In this document: in pieces, positions 25,987 to 33,445 of the stretch | How positions within the stretch are numbered: the stretch's first letter is position 1 | Layout: each line of letters opens with the position of its first letter | IMG/VR virus record: IMGVR_UViG_3300038466_000102 | Coordinates: 1-45,253 of that record | Origin: a virus | Length of the DNA: 45,253 bases | Strand: one strand, 5' to 3' | The notes under the pieces: model-generated | The model's input: the letters and a program-made list of their open reading frames with translations, nothing else | Database searches by the model: none | What the model was told of the DNA's origin: nothing | Translations under genes and position numbers: made by a program

Positions 25987-26094
25987 ATGGATTTTAATAA
26001 TTATCAAAATGAACAATGGCTTCCTTTAATTACCTTTTTAGGGTTTGCTTTGATAGGGTTTATTTTTGCTATTTATTACGGGAGGTTTTTTTAA
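25987..26094 (+). CDS. Small membrane protein (35 aa)
   Basis: Hand translation MDFNNYQNEQWLPLITFLGFALIGFIFAIYYGRFF; GGAGG upstream. Confidence 0.45.
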   Translation: MDFNNYQNEQWLPLITFLGFALIGFIFAIYYGRFF

Positions 26095-26103
26095 TCACTG
26101 CCT

Positions 26104-26259
26104 ATGATCTTAAAAATTGAGATTGAGATGACTCATTTAGCCGATGCCAGTGTCCGGTTGCAGCGGATTGCTAATCAGTTGGAGCATGGTTTTGTCAAAG
26201 GGTACGGGTGGGAGTTAGCAGATGAAGAGGAGGAGAATGATAAAAAGCCTAATGAGTGA
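26104..26259 (+). CDS. Hypothetical small acidic protein (51 aa)
   Basis: Hand translation with no internal stop; no clear SD. Confidence 0.3.
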   Translation: MILKIEIEMTHLADASVRLQRIANQLEHGFVKGYGWELADEEEENDKKPNE

Positions 26260-26614
26260 GAAACAACTACAGCGGGTGATCGTGGAAACCCTTAATTACT
26301 CCGGCGCCCTATGCTGGATTACCAATGCCGGCATGACTAAAACTTCTTACCGGTTGAAGAAAGGCAAGAGGAAAGGGCAATTGAGGGAGTACATGATTTG
26401 CTTTGGCCCGGCTGGGATGAGCGATATTATCGGGGTTTACAAAGGGAAGTTTCTGGCTATAGAGGTCAAGTTACCAGAAAGACGCAAGAATGTGACCGAG
26501 ATTCAGAATAATTTTATTGAGAATATCCGGGATCATGGCGGTTTGGCCGGCATGGCGACGAGCGTGGAAGAGGCATTGGAAATTATCAATATTGTTAAAG
26601 GAACAGAGGTATGA
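26252..26614 (+). CDS. VRR-NUC family nuclease
   Basis: Track ORF 26222..26614. Contains GMSDIIGVYKGKFLAIEVK....E.Q..F...I...GG.A, the PD-(D/E)xK VRR-NUC pattern. Confidence 0.7.
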   Translation: MSEKQLQRVIVETLNYSGALCWITNAGMTKTSYRLKKGKRKGQLREYMICFGPAGMSDIIGVYKGKFLAIEVKLPERRKNVTEIQNNFIENIRDHGGLAGMATSVEEALEIINIVKGTEV

Positions 26615-26766
26615 CCTTACTTTATATTTTAGCCTTATTGCCCCTAATTATCTTTTTTATTAGAATGAGGCCATATAAATATATTTTTGAGACGAGCGTG
26701 TTGGTTGTAATTTTTGCTTTACTATTTATCTACGGCCTTACGGGGTTGATGAAAGGTGGGATATGA
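26611..26766 (+). CDS. Small membrane protein (51 aa)
   Basis: Hand translation MTLLYILALLPLIIFFIRM...; ATGA overlaps at both ends. Confidence 0.45.
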   Translation: MTLLYILALLPLIIFFIRMRPYKYIFETSVLVVIFALLFIYGLTGLMKGGI

Positions 26767-26987
26767 AATTACAAATAGGTGATGTTGTCCGATTTGAATA
26801 CCGAGATACTTATGATAGAGAAACTGGCACAGGAGTAATTGTTGAGATTAAAGATAACCGTTATAAAGTGGCGTTGGTTGAACACGATAAAGATGGTTGG
26901 TCGTGGACTAATTATTGGAGTTGGGAAAGCGAAAATCGGGTTGAATATCTTAACAAAAAAGTTAAAGATTTGGATTTACAACTATGA
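26763..26987 (+). CDS. Hypothetical protein (74 aa)
   Basis: Track ORF; GGTGGG upstream. Confidence 0.6.
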   Translation: MKLQIGDVVRFEYRDTYDRETGTGVIVEIKDNRYKVALVEHDKDGWSWTNYWSWESENRVEYLNKKVKDLDLQL

Positions 26988-27226
26988 CCACTAACCTCCC
27001 CTCCAAAATCAGCGAGATAGTAATTGAATCATTTTATACTGAAGATGTAGATAAGGCTACCGCCCAACTGCTTGCTTTATTTGAGGAGGAGCTATTTGAT
27101 AGACTTTATCCTCACGCAAGCAAAGGGGCTAAAAAGTATATGTTAAAACATCAGCCATTGGAACATTACCCTATGTTTACATTTAAACGCACCAAGTTAG
27201 CCAAAGTTATCAAGGAGGAGAAATGA
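26984..27226 (+). CDS. Hypothetical protein (80 aa)
   Basis: Track ORF; ATGA coupling. Confidence 0.6.
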   Translation: MTTNLPSKISEIVIESFYTEDVDKATAQLLALFEEELFDRLYPHASKGAKKYMLKHQPLEHYPMFTFKRTKLAKVIKEEK

Positions 27227-27558
27227 GAGAAGTTAAGTTTAGGGCGTGGAATAAAAAAAGGAAAACAATGTCTGACTCTTTTGATTTAATTAGTCTTATG
27301 GCAGATAACGCCCTTGATAGAAAACCAGAAGATATAATTGAAGATTATATTATTCAACAATTCACTGGCCTCAAAGACCGCAATGGGGTTGAGATTTATG
27401 AGGGGGATATTATCCGTTGGCCTCAAAAAACAAAGGGTTTATGGTCTGACCAAAAAGGTAACGAAGAAGTCAAATGGCCGTTTATTTGTGGTAATGCTTA
27501 CCTTGGTGAAATTATCGGCAATGTTTACGAAAACCCAGAACTTATCAAGAAAGGATAA
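27223..27558 (+). CDS. YopX-family protein
   Basis: Track ORF. Contains KFRAWNKK...QFTGLKDRNGVEIYEGDII...IIGNVYENPELI, the YopX signature. Confidence 0.8.
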   Translation: MREVKFRAWNKKRKTMSDSFDLISLMADNALDRKPEDIIEDYIIQQFTGLKDRNGVEIYEGDIIRWPQKTKGLWSDQKGNEEVKWPFICGNAYLGEIIGNVYENPELIKKG

Positions 27559-27559
27559 T

Positions 27560-27691
27560 ATGGTAGACGAATATTTACTAGCAAGAATAAAATGGTTGTT
27601 AAAAGATTTTCAGGCAAACTGGCAAGACCCAGATATTGAAGAAAAAACCATTAAAAGGCTAATGGATTTAATTACGGAGGCCACTAAATGA
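27560..27691 (+). CDS. Hypothetical small protein (43 aa)
   Basis: In-frame ATG inside track ORF 27338..27691, directly after the YopX stop. Confidence 0.4.
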   Translation: MVDEYLLARIKWLLKDFQANWQDPDIEEKTIKRLMDLITEATK

Positions 27692-27849
27692 AACCCACCC
27701 AAGACAAAAGGAAGCTAGAAGCTATTAGGTTAATTAAAAACTGGATAGATGAAGTAGAAAATCCAGGTGATGATTATACTTGGGACGAATGTAGCGAAAT
27801 GGTCTTATATAGATTAAAAGAGTTATTAAAATATTTGGAGCTAAAATGA
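27688..27849 (+). CDS. Hypothetical small protein (53 aa)
   Basis: Hand translation; GGAGG upstream; ATGA overlaps at both ends. Confidence 0.45.
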   Translation: MKPTQDKRKLEAIRLIKNWIDEVENPGDDYTWDECSEMVLYRLKELLKYLELK

Positions 27850-28163
27850 CCCAACTGACTACTGACAGACAAATTAAATTCAGCCACCGCTATACTAAAA
27901 TGCCTCAAGATTTAAGTAATAGTTTCTTGCTTGATGTTTGGGTAAAAAACTTAGAGGATATGAGTGAGGGTTTTCTTAATTATGATACTCAATATTCCGG
28001 CGGTTGGTATCCCTTGCCAAAAAAAGGCAAGTTTTTAGTTTTATTTATCAGAACAGGTTATAGCATTTGGACAACAATTAGGCGTTGGATACCCCGCAAA
28101 GAGCAATATTACCGAGGTTTAATCGGTCAAGAAGTAAAAATAGTTATACAGGAGGATAAATGA
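27846..28163 (+). CDS. Hypothetical protein (105 aa)
   Basis: Track ORF; coupled to neighbours. Confidence 0.6.
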   Translation: MTQLTTDRQIKFSHRYTKMPQDLSNSFLLDVWVKNLEDMSEGFLNYDTQYSGGWYPLPKKGKFLVLFIRTGYSIWTTIRRWIPRKEQYYRGLIGQEVKIVIQEDK

Positions 28164-28903
28164 CTACTGACAAAGTGAAAGCCCCCCCAGTCTCCAGCGG
28201 AAGGAAGATTATCTTGGACTTGTGCGGTGGAACTGGTGCGTGGTCTAAGCCATTTTGGGAGTCGGGTAATTTTGAAGTTCACAACATTACTTTACCAAGA
28301 TATAACATTCTTGCTACTAAGTTTGATGACGATATTATTGTTTTCAGAAAAGACACTAACGATAATTATAGAACCAAGATTAAGGTAAAAGATGTCTATG
28401 GTATTCTGGCGGCTCCACCCTGTACAATGTTCAGCGATGCCCGGACAAATGCTAAAACACCAAGAGATTTAGAGGGAGGAATGAAACTGGTTCATAAATG
28501 TCTTGAAGTAATTTGGTATTGCCAATATTGGACTAAAACCGACCAGCAAAAATACCCGCCATTAAAGTTTTGGGCTTTAGAGAACCCTTGGTATGGCAGG
28601 TTAAAATGGTTTTTAGGTAATCCGAAGTTTGAGTTTAGTCCTTGGGAGTTTAGCGATGCTTATAAAAAACGCACCGCTATTTGGGGATATTTTAACGAGC
28701 CGACAAAAACCGTAACTGATATAAACCAAGTAATGACACAACAACAACAATTTCACAAGACCAACTCGCAAAAGTTGCCTAAGTTTGATTATATGAAGTC
28801 AAAAGATATTCACCCGGAAATGTTTGGTAAACTGAACAGGCAAGCAAGGCGTTCAATTACTCCGGCAGGTTTCGCCAAAGCATTTTATGAGGCTAACCTA
28901 TGA
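28160..28903 (+). CDS. C5-cytosine DNA methyltransferase-like protein
   Basis: Track ORF; GGAGGA upstream. Contains LDLCGGTG (motif I), AAPPCTMFS (PC motif IV) and ALENP (motif VI). It is short (247 aa). Confidence 0.55.
   Translation: MTTDKVKAPPVSSGRKIILDLCGGTGAWSKPFWESGNFEVHNITLPRYNILATKFDDDIIVFRKDTNDNYRTKIKVKDVYGILAAPPCTMFSDARTNAKTPRDLEGGMKLVHKCLEVIWYCQYWTKTDQQKYPPLKFWALENPWYGRLKWFLGNPKFEFSPWEFSDAYKKRTAIWGYFNEPTKTVTDINQVMTQQQQFHKTNSQKLPKFDYMKSKDIHPEMFGKLNRQARRSITPAGFAKAFYEANL
28183..28208 (+). repeat. GC-rich repeat copy A (CCCCCCAGTCTCCAGCGGAAGGAAGA)
   Basis: Identical to 29225-29250; encodes PPVSSGRK at the N-terminus of the MTase-like gene. Confidence 0.9.
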
Positions 28904-29136
28904 CTAACCCCCCAGTCTCCAGCTTTAATAAATTATCAACTGAGGAACTAAGCGATAGTCCAATAACAGCTTGGTTTCAAGGCTACAAATCGGGTTTTAA
29001 AGAAGGAGAAAAGAGAGGGTTTGAAAGTAGGTTTGCTATGATTTTAGAAAAGAAAGTTATGCAATTAAGAAAAAGGTCTAGGAAAGAAAAGAGTAAATTA
29101 TTAAATAAAAAAATGTGGTATCAATTTTGGATATGA
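28900..29136 (+). CDS. Hypothetical protein (78 aa)
   Basis: Track ORF; ATGA coupling. Confidence 0.6.
   Translation: MTNPPVSSFNKLSTEELSDSPITAWFQGYKSGFKEGEKRGFESRFAMILEKKVMQLRKRSRKEKSKLLNKKMWYQFWI
28904..28923 (+). repeat. GC-rich repeat copy B (CTAACCCCCCAGTCTCCAGC)
   Basis: Identical to 29221-29240; encodes NPPVSS at codons 3-8 of the gene. Confidence 0.9.
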
Positions 29137-29651
29137 TAACCTGTACGGTCTGTCACCCAAATTCACCAAAAGCTAATGGTTATTGTGCTGAACACTCCAC
29201 AAGTGGAAGTGGATATATCTCTAACCCCCCAGTCTCCAGCGGAAGGAAGAAGCTCTATTGTACCAAGCACAGTCTATTTCACGGGCAGAAATATTCTAGT
29301 TGTAAGCCACAACGGAAACCAGAACCTAGTGTTTCGGTTAAACAGAACAATTACTTTGATGGTGACAGAGATGGATTGGTAGAGTTGGTTAAGGGGCGGT
29401 GGTTTATGGCAGGCGAGGGAAGCCCAAAAGACCTTGAAACCTTTATCCACCACCTCTTAGAGGCCGACCACAAGGCTATTAGGGAGAAGGTGGGAGAAGA
29501 ACATATTGGCGTTGATATTATTAACTCAATAATAGATAAAGTTCCTCACATAGAAGATGATTTGGATTTTTACGATGATTACGAGGATATTACTGAAGGA
29601 ATAGATTTTTTGATTAGTAAAAAACTTGAGGATATTCTAAACAGCCTATGA
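29133..29651 (+). CDS. Hypothetical Cys-rich protein (172 aa)
   Basis: Track ORF 29115..29651. The ATG at 29133 forms an ATGA overlap with the upstream stop. Confidence 0.55.
   Translation: MITCTVCHPNSPKANGYCAEHSTSGSGYISNPPVSSGRKKLYCTKHSLFHGQKYSSCKPQRKPEPSVSVKQNNYFDGDRDGLVELVKGRWFMAGEGSPKDLETFIHHLLEADHKAIREKVGEEHIGVDIINSIIDKVPHIEDDLDFYDDYEDITEGIDFLISKKLEDILNSL
29221..29250 (+). repeat. GC-rich repeat copy C (CTAACCCCCCAGTCTCCAGCGGAAGGAAGA)
   Basis: Contains both copy A and copy B sequences; same reading frame (NPPVSSGRK). Confidence 0.9.
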
Positions 29652-29854
29652 TTATTAAAGCATTACTAAAACAATTTAGAGATAGATATGGGATTAAGCC
29701 ACCCTTGGAGGTCTTTATTAGTAAAGTCTATAAATCAGGACGGGAAGAAGTCCTAACCGAAGCGATTGCGATTTTTGATAAATATAAGAATGAACCGATG
29801 ACAGGGAATGTAGTGAATTTAGAGTTAAAGGGTTTAAGGAGGGACTATAAATGA
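29648..29854 (+). CDS. Hypothetical protein (68 aa)
   Basis: Track ORF; ATGA coupling. Confidence 0.55.
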   Translation: MIIKALLKQFRDRYGIKPPLEVFISKVYKSGREEVLTEAIAIFDKYKNEPMTGNVVNLELKGLRRDYK

Positions 29855-30108
29855 ACTTAGATTTTTGGAATAAAGGATTAGTAAAGAGTTTTACAATAAT
29901 TCCTACTAATTTGGGGGAGGAAAGTTGCCTATTAGATATATTTAGGGTATGCGGTCAACTAGATTGGACTAAGAAATATGTAAAAATTGATATGGCTGGT
30001 AAAAACTTAAAGATAAGCATTGACGAAATAGTAATCATGCCAAAATCTTACAAAAAGACCAAGAAATCAAAGGGGTGGATTGAAGGGGAAGCAGGAGGAA
30101 AATTATAA
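29851..30108 (+). CDS. Hypothetical protein (85 aa)
   Basis: Track ORF; AAGGAGGG upstream. Confidence 0.6.
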   Translation: MNLDFWNKGLVKSFTIIPTNLGEESCLLDIFRVCGQLDWTKKYVKIDMAGKNLKISIDEIVIMPKSYKKTKKSKGWIEGEAGGKL

Positions 30109-30317
30109 TGAAATTCATCCCCTGGTTTATTCTAACCGCCATCTTGTTTTTCTTACTAGGTTTGGGAATTGCCATAAAGACTATTCCTGAGCTGGTCTGC
30201 GAGAAAGACCCGTTAGCCGAGTTTAAGATGTGTGTAGAATTATGCAAAGTAGATGAGCAGGATTGGTGTTACTGGCAATGTAGCCCGCATCTCAATCCAC
30301 CGATTAGATTAATATGA
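30108..30317 (+). CDS. Small membrane protein (69 aa)
   Basis: Track ORF; AGGAGGA upstream; N-terminal hydrophobic helix. Confidence 0.6.
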   Translation: MKFIPWFILTAILFFLLGLGIAIKTIPELVCEKDPLAEFKMCVELCKVDEQDWCYWQCSPHLNPPIRLI

Positions 30318-30616
30318 AACGATCCCCAATTAAAAAAATAGGCAAGATCGGCCGGCTGAATATAAAAGCCCTAAGAGAGCTGACTAAAGTTTGGGAAACC
30401 AAGAGTATCCAATACTGTGAGGTGATGATTCTCCATGAGTGCAGTTGGGATTTGACGAATTGTCACCGGCATAAGCGGGTTTGGTATCGGGGAAAGCCGG
30501 AGTTGCTTTGGGATTTTAATCAAGTGATCCGGGTTTGTTCTGCTGCTCACAATTTATTGGAGTATAACAGGGAGTTATGCGAAGAGGTTTTTGTCAACTT
30601 AAGGGGGGAAGAATGA
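30314..30616 (+). CDS. Cys/His-rich nuclease-like protein (NinG/DUF1364-like layout)
   Basis: Track ORF; MKRSPIKK...C.V...EC......CHRHKR.....N...VC...H pattern. The family assignment is tentative. Confidence 0.35.
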   Translation: MKRSPIKKIGKIGRLNIKALRELTKVWETKSIQYCEVMILHECSWDLTNCHRHKRVWYRGKPELLWDFNQVIRVCSAAHNLLEYNRELCEEVFVNLRGEE

Positions 30617-30870
30617 AACCGCTTACTCTCATCCTCGCTTTTATCTTCCCCAAGCTTGTTAAGCCGGTCGTCTTTGTTGGTGACCAGGTCCGAATGGCCA
30701 ATGGTCCCGGCAGACCCATCAGCGAGGTGTTCCTGGTGATGCTGGTCCAGCCACCGCTGATCTACTTGCGCAATGTGTCCCGGCCGGGCTTGCAACAGGT
30801 GTTTGTTTATGGTTTAAATGACATTGTCAGATTAATAAATAAAGGGGAGATGGAGGTGCTACATGGCTAA
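30613..30870 (+). CDS. Hypothetical protein (85 aa)
   Basis: Track ORF 30577..30870. The ATG at 30613 forms an ATGA overlap. Confidence 0.5.
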   Translation: MKPLTLILAFIFPKLVKPVVFVGDQVRMANGPGRPISEVFLVMLVQPPLIYLRNVSRPGLQQVFVYGLNDIVRLINKGEMEVLHG

Positions 30871-31102
30871 AGGATTTGTGAAGAGAATTAGCAAGATAAC
30901 TACTGAGGTAATGGCCAAGCACGCTACAGATATAATTTTCAGGAAGCCGGTAATGTTTCCGGTCATGCCGGCCTATCATCCGATCAAGCTCTCCTGGTGG
31001 GAGAAGTGCTCTGATCGGTTAAGGGATCGGTGGCAGGATTTTAGGGAAAGGCTGGGCAGTAAAATAGCCGGAAGGGAGTTTGATGAAGGATATGAAGATT
31101 AA
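30863..31102 (+). CDS. Hypothetical protein (79 aa)
   Basis: Track ORF; GGAGGTG upstream. Confidence 0.6.
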   Translation: MAKGFVKRISKITTEVMAKHATDIIFRKPVMFPVMPAYHPIKLSWWEKCSDRLRDRWQDFRERLGSKIAGREFDEGYED

Positions 31103-31289
31103 TCTTTGGCGTGATCTGGCCATTGCTTTATTTGTCGGCCTAGTGGTTCTATTCCTATTCAGCTGGAATCTCCATAAGGATTATCTGGAGCTGTATCGGT
31201 CCGGCGTGCCGGTGAGCGAGGATGCGCGCCTGATGGAGTATTACAAGTCTATTATCTCTAATAAATGTCAGATAGTAGAAAGGCGGTGA
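31083..31289 (+). CDS. Small membrane protein (68 aa)
   Basis: Track ORF 31080..31289 (TTG start); ATG at 31083 is preferred; one hydrophobic helix. Confidence 0.5.
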   Translation: MKDMKINLWRDLAIALFVGLVVLFLFSWNLHKDYLELYRSGVPVSEDARLMEYYKSIISNKCQIVERR

Positions 31290-31296
31290 GAAATAA

Positions 31297-31524
31297 ATGA
31301 AGAAATATAATTTGCCAGAAATCCTGGTGATAGTGGTTTGCGTGATTGTTGTTTGGTTTATCGCTCAGGCGCTTTATTCGTCTTGGTCTAAAACCTATTC
31401 TACCAATCTTGAAATGACCTTGGATGAGGTTTGCGATCAGCATGGTGGTTATAGTTATTGGAGTGAAACTGAGCGTGCTGATCCGGAAGACTCGCCTCTG
31501 CCAGTGTTTAAGTGCGTGCTTTAA
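31297..31524 (+). CDS. Small membrane protein (75 aa)
   Basis: Track ORF; N-terminal hydrophobic helix. Confidence 0.55.
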   Translation: MKKYNLPEILVIVVCVIVVWFIAQALYSSWSKTYSTNLEMTLDEVCDQHGGYSYWSETERADPEDSPLPVFKCVL

Positions 31525-31562
31525 TTAAATTTGCCTAAAATTATTAACAGAGGAAAAAGACA
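31523..31562 (+). repeat. 40-nt direct repeat, copy 1 (AATTAAATTTGCCTAAAATTATTAACAGAGGAAAAAGACA)
   Basis: Identical to 31791-31830; intergenic; starts at the stop of the upstream gene. Confidence 0.95.
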
Positions 31563-31565
31563 ACT

Positions 31566-31796
31566 ATGTTCACTGCTAAAATCAACTCCTCAAAAGGCTG
31601 GTTGGTTGGAGGTAGAAAACAGGGTACTGATTGGCACGTCTTGCCGGTTAATGATCTTAAGGCCCATTGGCGGTCTGCCGGCTGCTGGTGCTGTCCCCGG
31701 GTGGAGGTCCAGTTAAACGACAGCCGGGTGATTGTGCATAATGCCGCTGATATGCGGGAGTTTGTCTATGAGGGGAAGAATAAGGTGAAGAATTAA
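31566..31796 (+). CDS. Hypothetical Cys-containing protein (76 aa) bracketed by the 40-nt repeats
   Basis: Track ORF. Confidence 0.6.
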   Translation: MFTAKINSSKGWLVGGRKQGTDWHVLPVNDLKAHWRSAGCWCCPRVEVQLNDSRVIVHNAADMREFVYEGKNKVKN

Positions 31797-31830
31797 ATTT
31801 GCCTAAAATTATTAACAGAGGAAAAAGACA
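31791..31830 (+). repeat. 40-nt direct repeat, copy 2
   Basis: Identical to 31523-31562. Confidence 0.95.
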
Positions 31831-31854
31831 CAACCGCCCAGTACGGAAATCAAA

Positions 31855-32268
31855 ATGAAATTAATTAAATTATCCTTGCCGCCACATTACACAAATAAAG
31901 AGGATTTGGAACCTTATTTTGCTATTGTTGATAATAATGTCTTTGAGTTTATTAATCAGTGGAAATGGCGTTTGTTTTATGGGTATGCGGTTAGGGCACG
32001 AGTATACCGGAAAGATAATGGTTGGGATACTGGAAGCCAGATAATTGGAATGCACGCGCAAATTCTTTTTCCTCGTGCCGGTATGGTCCCCCATCATATA
32101 AATGGAAACAAGCTAGATAATCGGTTGGCTAATTTGGAGTTGGTTTCGCTTAAGCTTAATAATCAGCTGAGGAATGCTGGTTTTTTAAAGCACCGGTATG
32201 CTATATATCCACCATTGAAAAACGTGAAGGTATACTATGTGGTCCCGGTTCCTAATCCAGTCACCTGA
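31855..32268 (+). CDS. Free-standing HNH endonuclease
   Basis: Track ORF; PHHINGNKLDNRLANLELV is the HNH_3 motif. Confidence 0.8.
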   Translation: MKLIKLSLPPHYTNKEDLEPYFAIVDNNVFEFINQWKWRLFYGYAVRARVYRKDNGWDTGSQIIGMHAQILFPRAGMVPHHINGNKLDNRLANLELVSLKLNNQLRNAGFLKHRYAIYPPLKNVKVYYVVPVPNPVT

Positions 32269-32332
32269 GCGATTAAGCGGCCTGCTGTAAGCAGTAGATA
32301 ACCCGAACTAAGGCGAGTTAGCCTGTTAGTCG

Positions 32333-32384
32333 GCTATCGGGTAATCTTGGTCTTGACAGGCTGTTTCCGGTTATGGTTAACTGG
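32333..32384 (+). repeat. 52-nt repeat copy 1 carrying a promoter-like module (GCTATCGGGT-N6-GGTCTTGACA...)
   Basis: Identical to 33717-33768. TTGACA at 32353-32358; the best -10 candidate is TGgTTAACT at 32374-32382. Confidence 0.85.
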
Positions 32385-32413
32385 CTATATTATTAAGTTT
32401 TAAAGGAGGGATT

Positions 32414-32698
32414 ATGCCTAAGTCAAAAGCTTTGGTCCCCTTTATTCGCGGTTATCAAATTAAGCGCCATGATTTTATAGTGGAGACGCCGGAAGTGTTG
32501 CACGTGTATTTTACCGGCCCGATCCATAATCTTAAGGAATTGCCGACCGGCTATCGTGGTTTAAGGTCAGCGTTGGTTAATTTGGATGATGTTCTTGCTG
32601 TCGGTTTGGATGTGCAGGAATATTGGGAAGTTAAAACCGGCAAGTTTCGTGGTTTGACTGTGCTTTGGCTAACGTGTGTGGCCGAGGAGGATTTATGA
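32414..32698 (+). CDS. Hypothetical protein (94 aa)
   Basis: Track ORF; AAGGAGGG upstream. Confidence 0.65.
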   Translation: MPKSKALVPFIRGYQIKRHDFIVETPEVLHVYFTGPIHNLKELPTGYRGLRSALVNLDDVLAVGLDVQEYWEVKTGKFRGLTVLWLTCVAEEDL

Positions 32699-32856
32699 AG
32701 AAATATAGAGTGATGGTTAAGCAGATTTATGTTTACGATGGTGTTCCGGCTAAGACTAAAGCCAAGGCAGTCCAAAAAGTGCTGGATATGGATTGGATTG
32801 GTCATGATGAATGTGAAGAGCAATTGGAAACCTCAGCGGAAATAGAGGAGCTATGA
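32695..32856 (+). CDS. Hypothetical small protein (53 aa)
   Basis: In-frame ATG within track ORF 32665..32856; ATGA overlap; GAGGAGG upstream. Confidence 0.5.
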   Translation: MKKYRVMVKQIYVYDGVPAKTKAKAVQKVLDMDWIGHDECEEQLETSAEIEEL

Positions 32857-33086
32857 TTACAATGCCGATTGTTTCTTTGGTGTCCAAGCTGATCCTGCAC
32901 CGGTCCCGGGCAGATTACCGGCTTTATTATTTCTTGCAGACCGAGGCTGGCCGGAGGATGTGCCATGAGTCGTTTGACGATGCTTACGCGGCGATCTATC
33001 GCTGGCGCGTGCTGTCGTTCCAGGCTAATGGCTTGTTGCACGGCGAGCCGACTATTAAAAGGACGGAGGCTTATGACGCTGGGTGA
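32853..33086 (+). CDS. Hypothetical protein (77 aa)
   Basis: Track ORF; GAGGAG upstream; ATGA overlap. Confidence 0.55.
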   Translation: MITMPIVSLVSKLILHRSRADYRLYYFLQTEAGRRMCHESFDDAYAAIYRWRVLSFQANGLLHGEPTIKRTEAYDAG

Positions 33087-33168
33087 CTTTGGGTTTGTTC
33101 TGCTTTGCTGGTCCATGGTGTGGCTGGTGATCTGCGGCATTACTTTTGTGGTGGAGCGCCGGCGGTAG
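33073..33168 (+). CDS. Very small membrane protein (31 aa)
   Basis: In-frame ATG in track ORF 32965..33168, preceded by GGAGG; sequence MTLGDFGFVLLCWSMVWLVICGITFVVERRR. Confidence 0.4.
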   Translation: MTLGDFGFVLLCWSMVWLVICGITFVVERRR

Positions 33169-33193
33169 CTTGTCCGGCGCTATCGGGTTTTTT
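33155..33193 (+). terminator. Intrinsic-terminator-like hairpin plus T-run
   Basis: AGCGCCGG (33155-33162) pairs with CCGGCGCT (33174-33181); ATCGGG then TTTTTT follows. Confidence 0.55.
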
Positions 33194-33228
33194 GGGTCTT
33201 GACATCCGGTTTTGGCTATGCCATCAAT
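33179..33228 (+). promoter_or_regulatory. Third, diverged copy of the promoter-like module (GCTATCGGGT-N6-GGTCTTGACA-T-CCGGTTTTGGCTA)
   Basis: It has the same 26-nt frame as the 52-nt repeats, with TTGACA at 33199-33204. The -10 is unclear. Confidence 0.45.
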
Positions 33229-33271
33229 ACAGACGTTATCAGTTATTCAACAGAGGGGGGGTGAGGATTTT

Positions 33272-33445
33272 ATGGCTTATGATTCTTTGATTACGGCGAC
33301 CGTTCGTATCCCCGGCACTGATGCCGGCGCTAAGGGTAAGGATGCGGCGGCCGATGTCCGGGCTGTGTTGCAGGTGCTGGTTGACTTGCATTATTGTGAG
33401 GCTGGGGATATTGATGTGACTATTAATACACCGGCGACTGCCTAG
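33272..33445 (+). CDS. Hypothetical small protein (57 aa)
   Basis: In-frame ATG in track ORF 33212..33445, preceded by GTGAGGA. Confidence 0.5.
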   Translation: MAYDSLITATVRIPGTDAGAKGKDAAADVRAVLQVLVDLHYCEAGDIDVTINTPATA

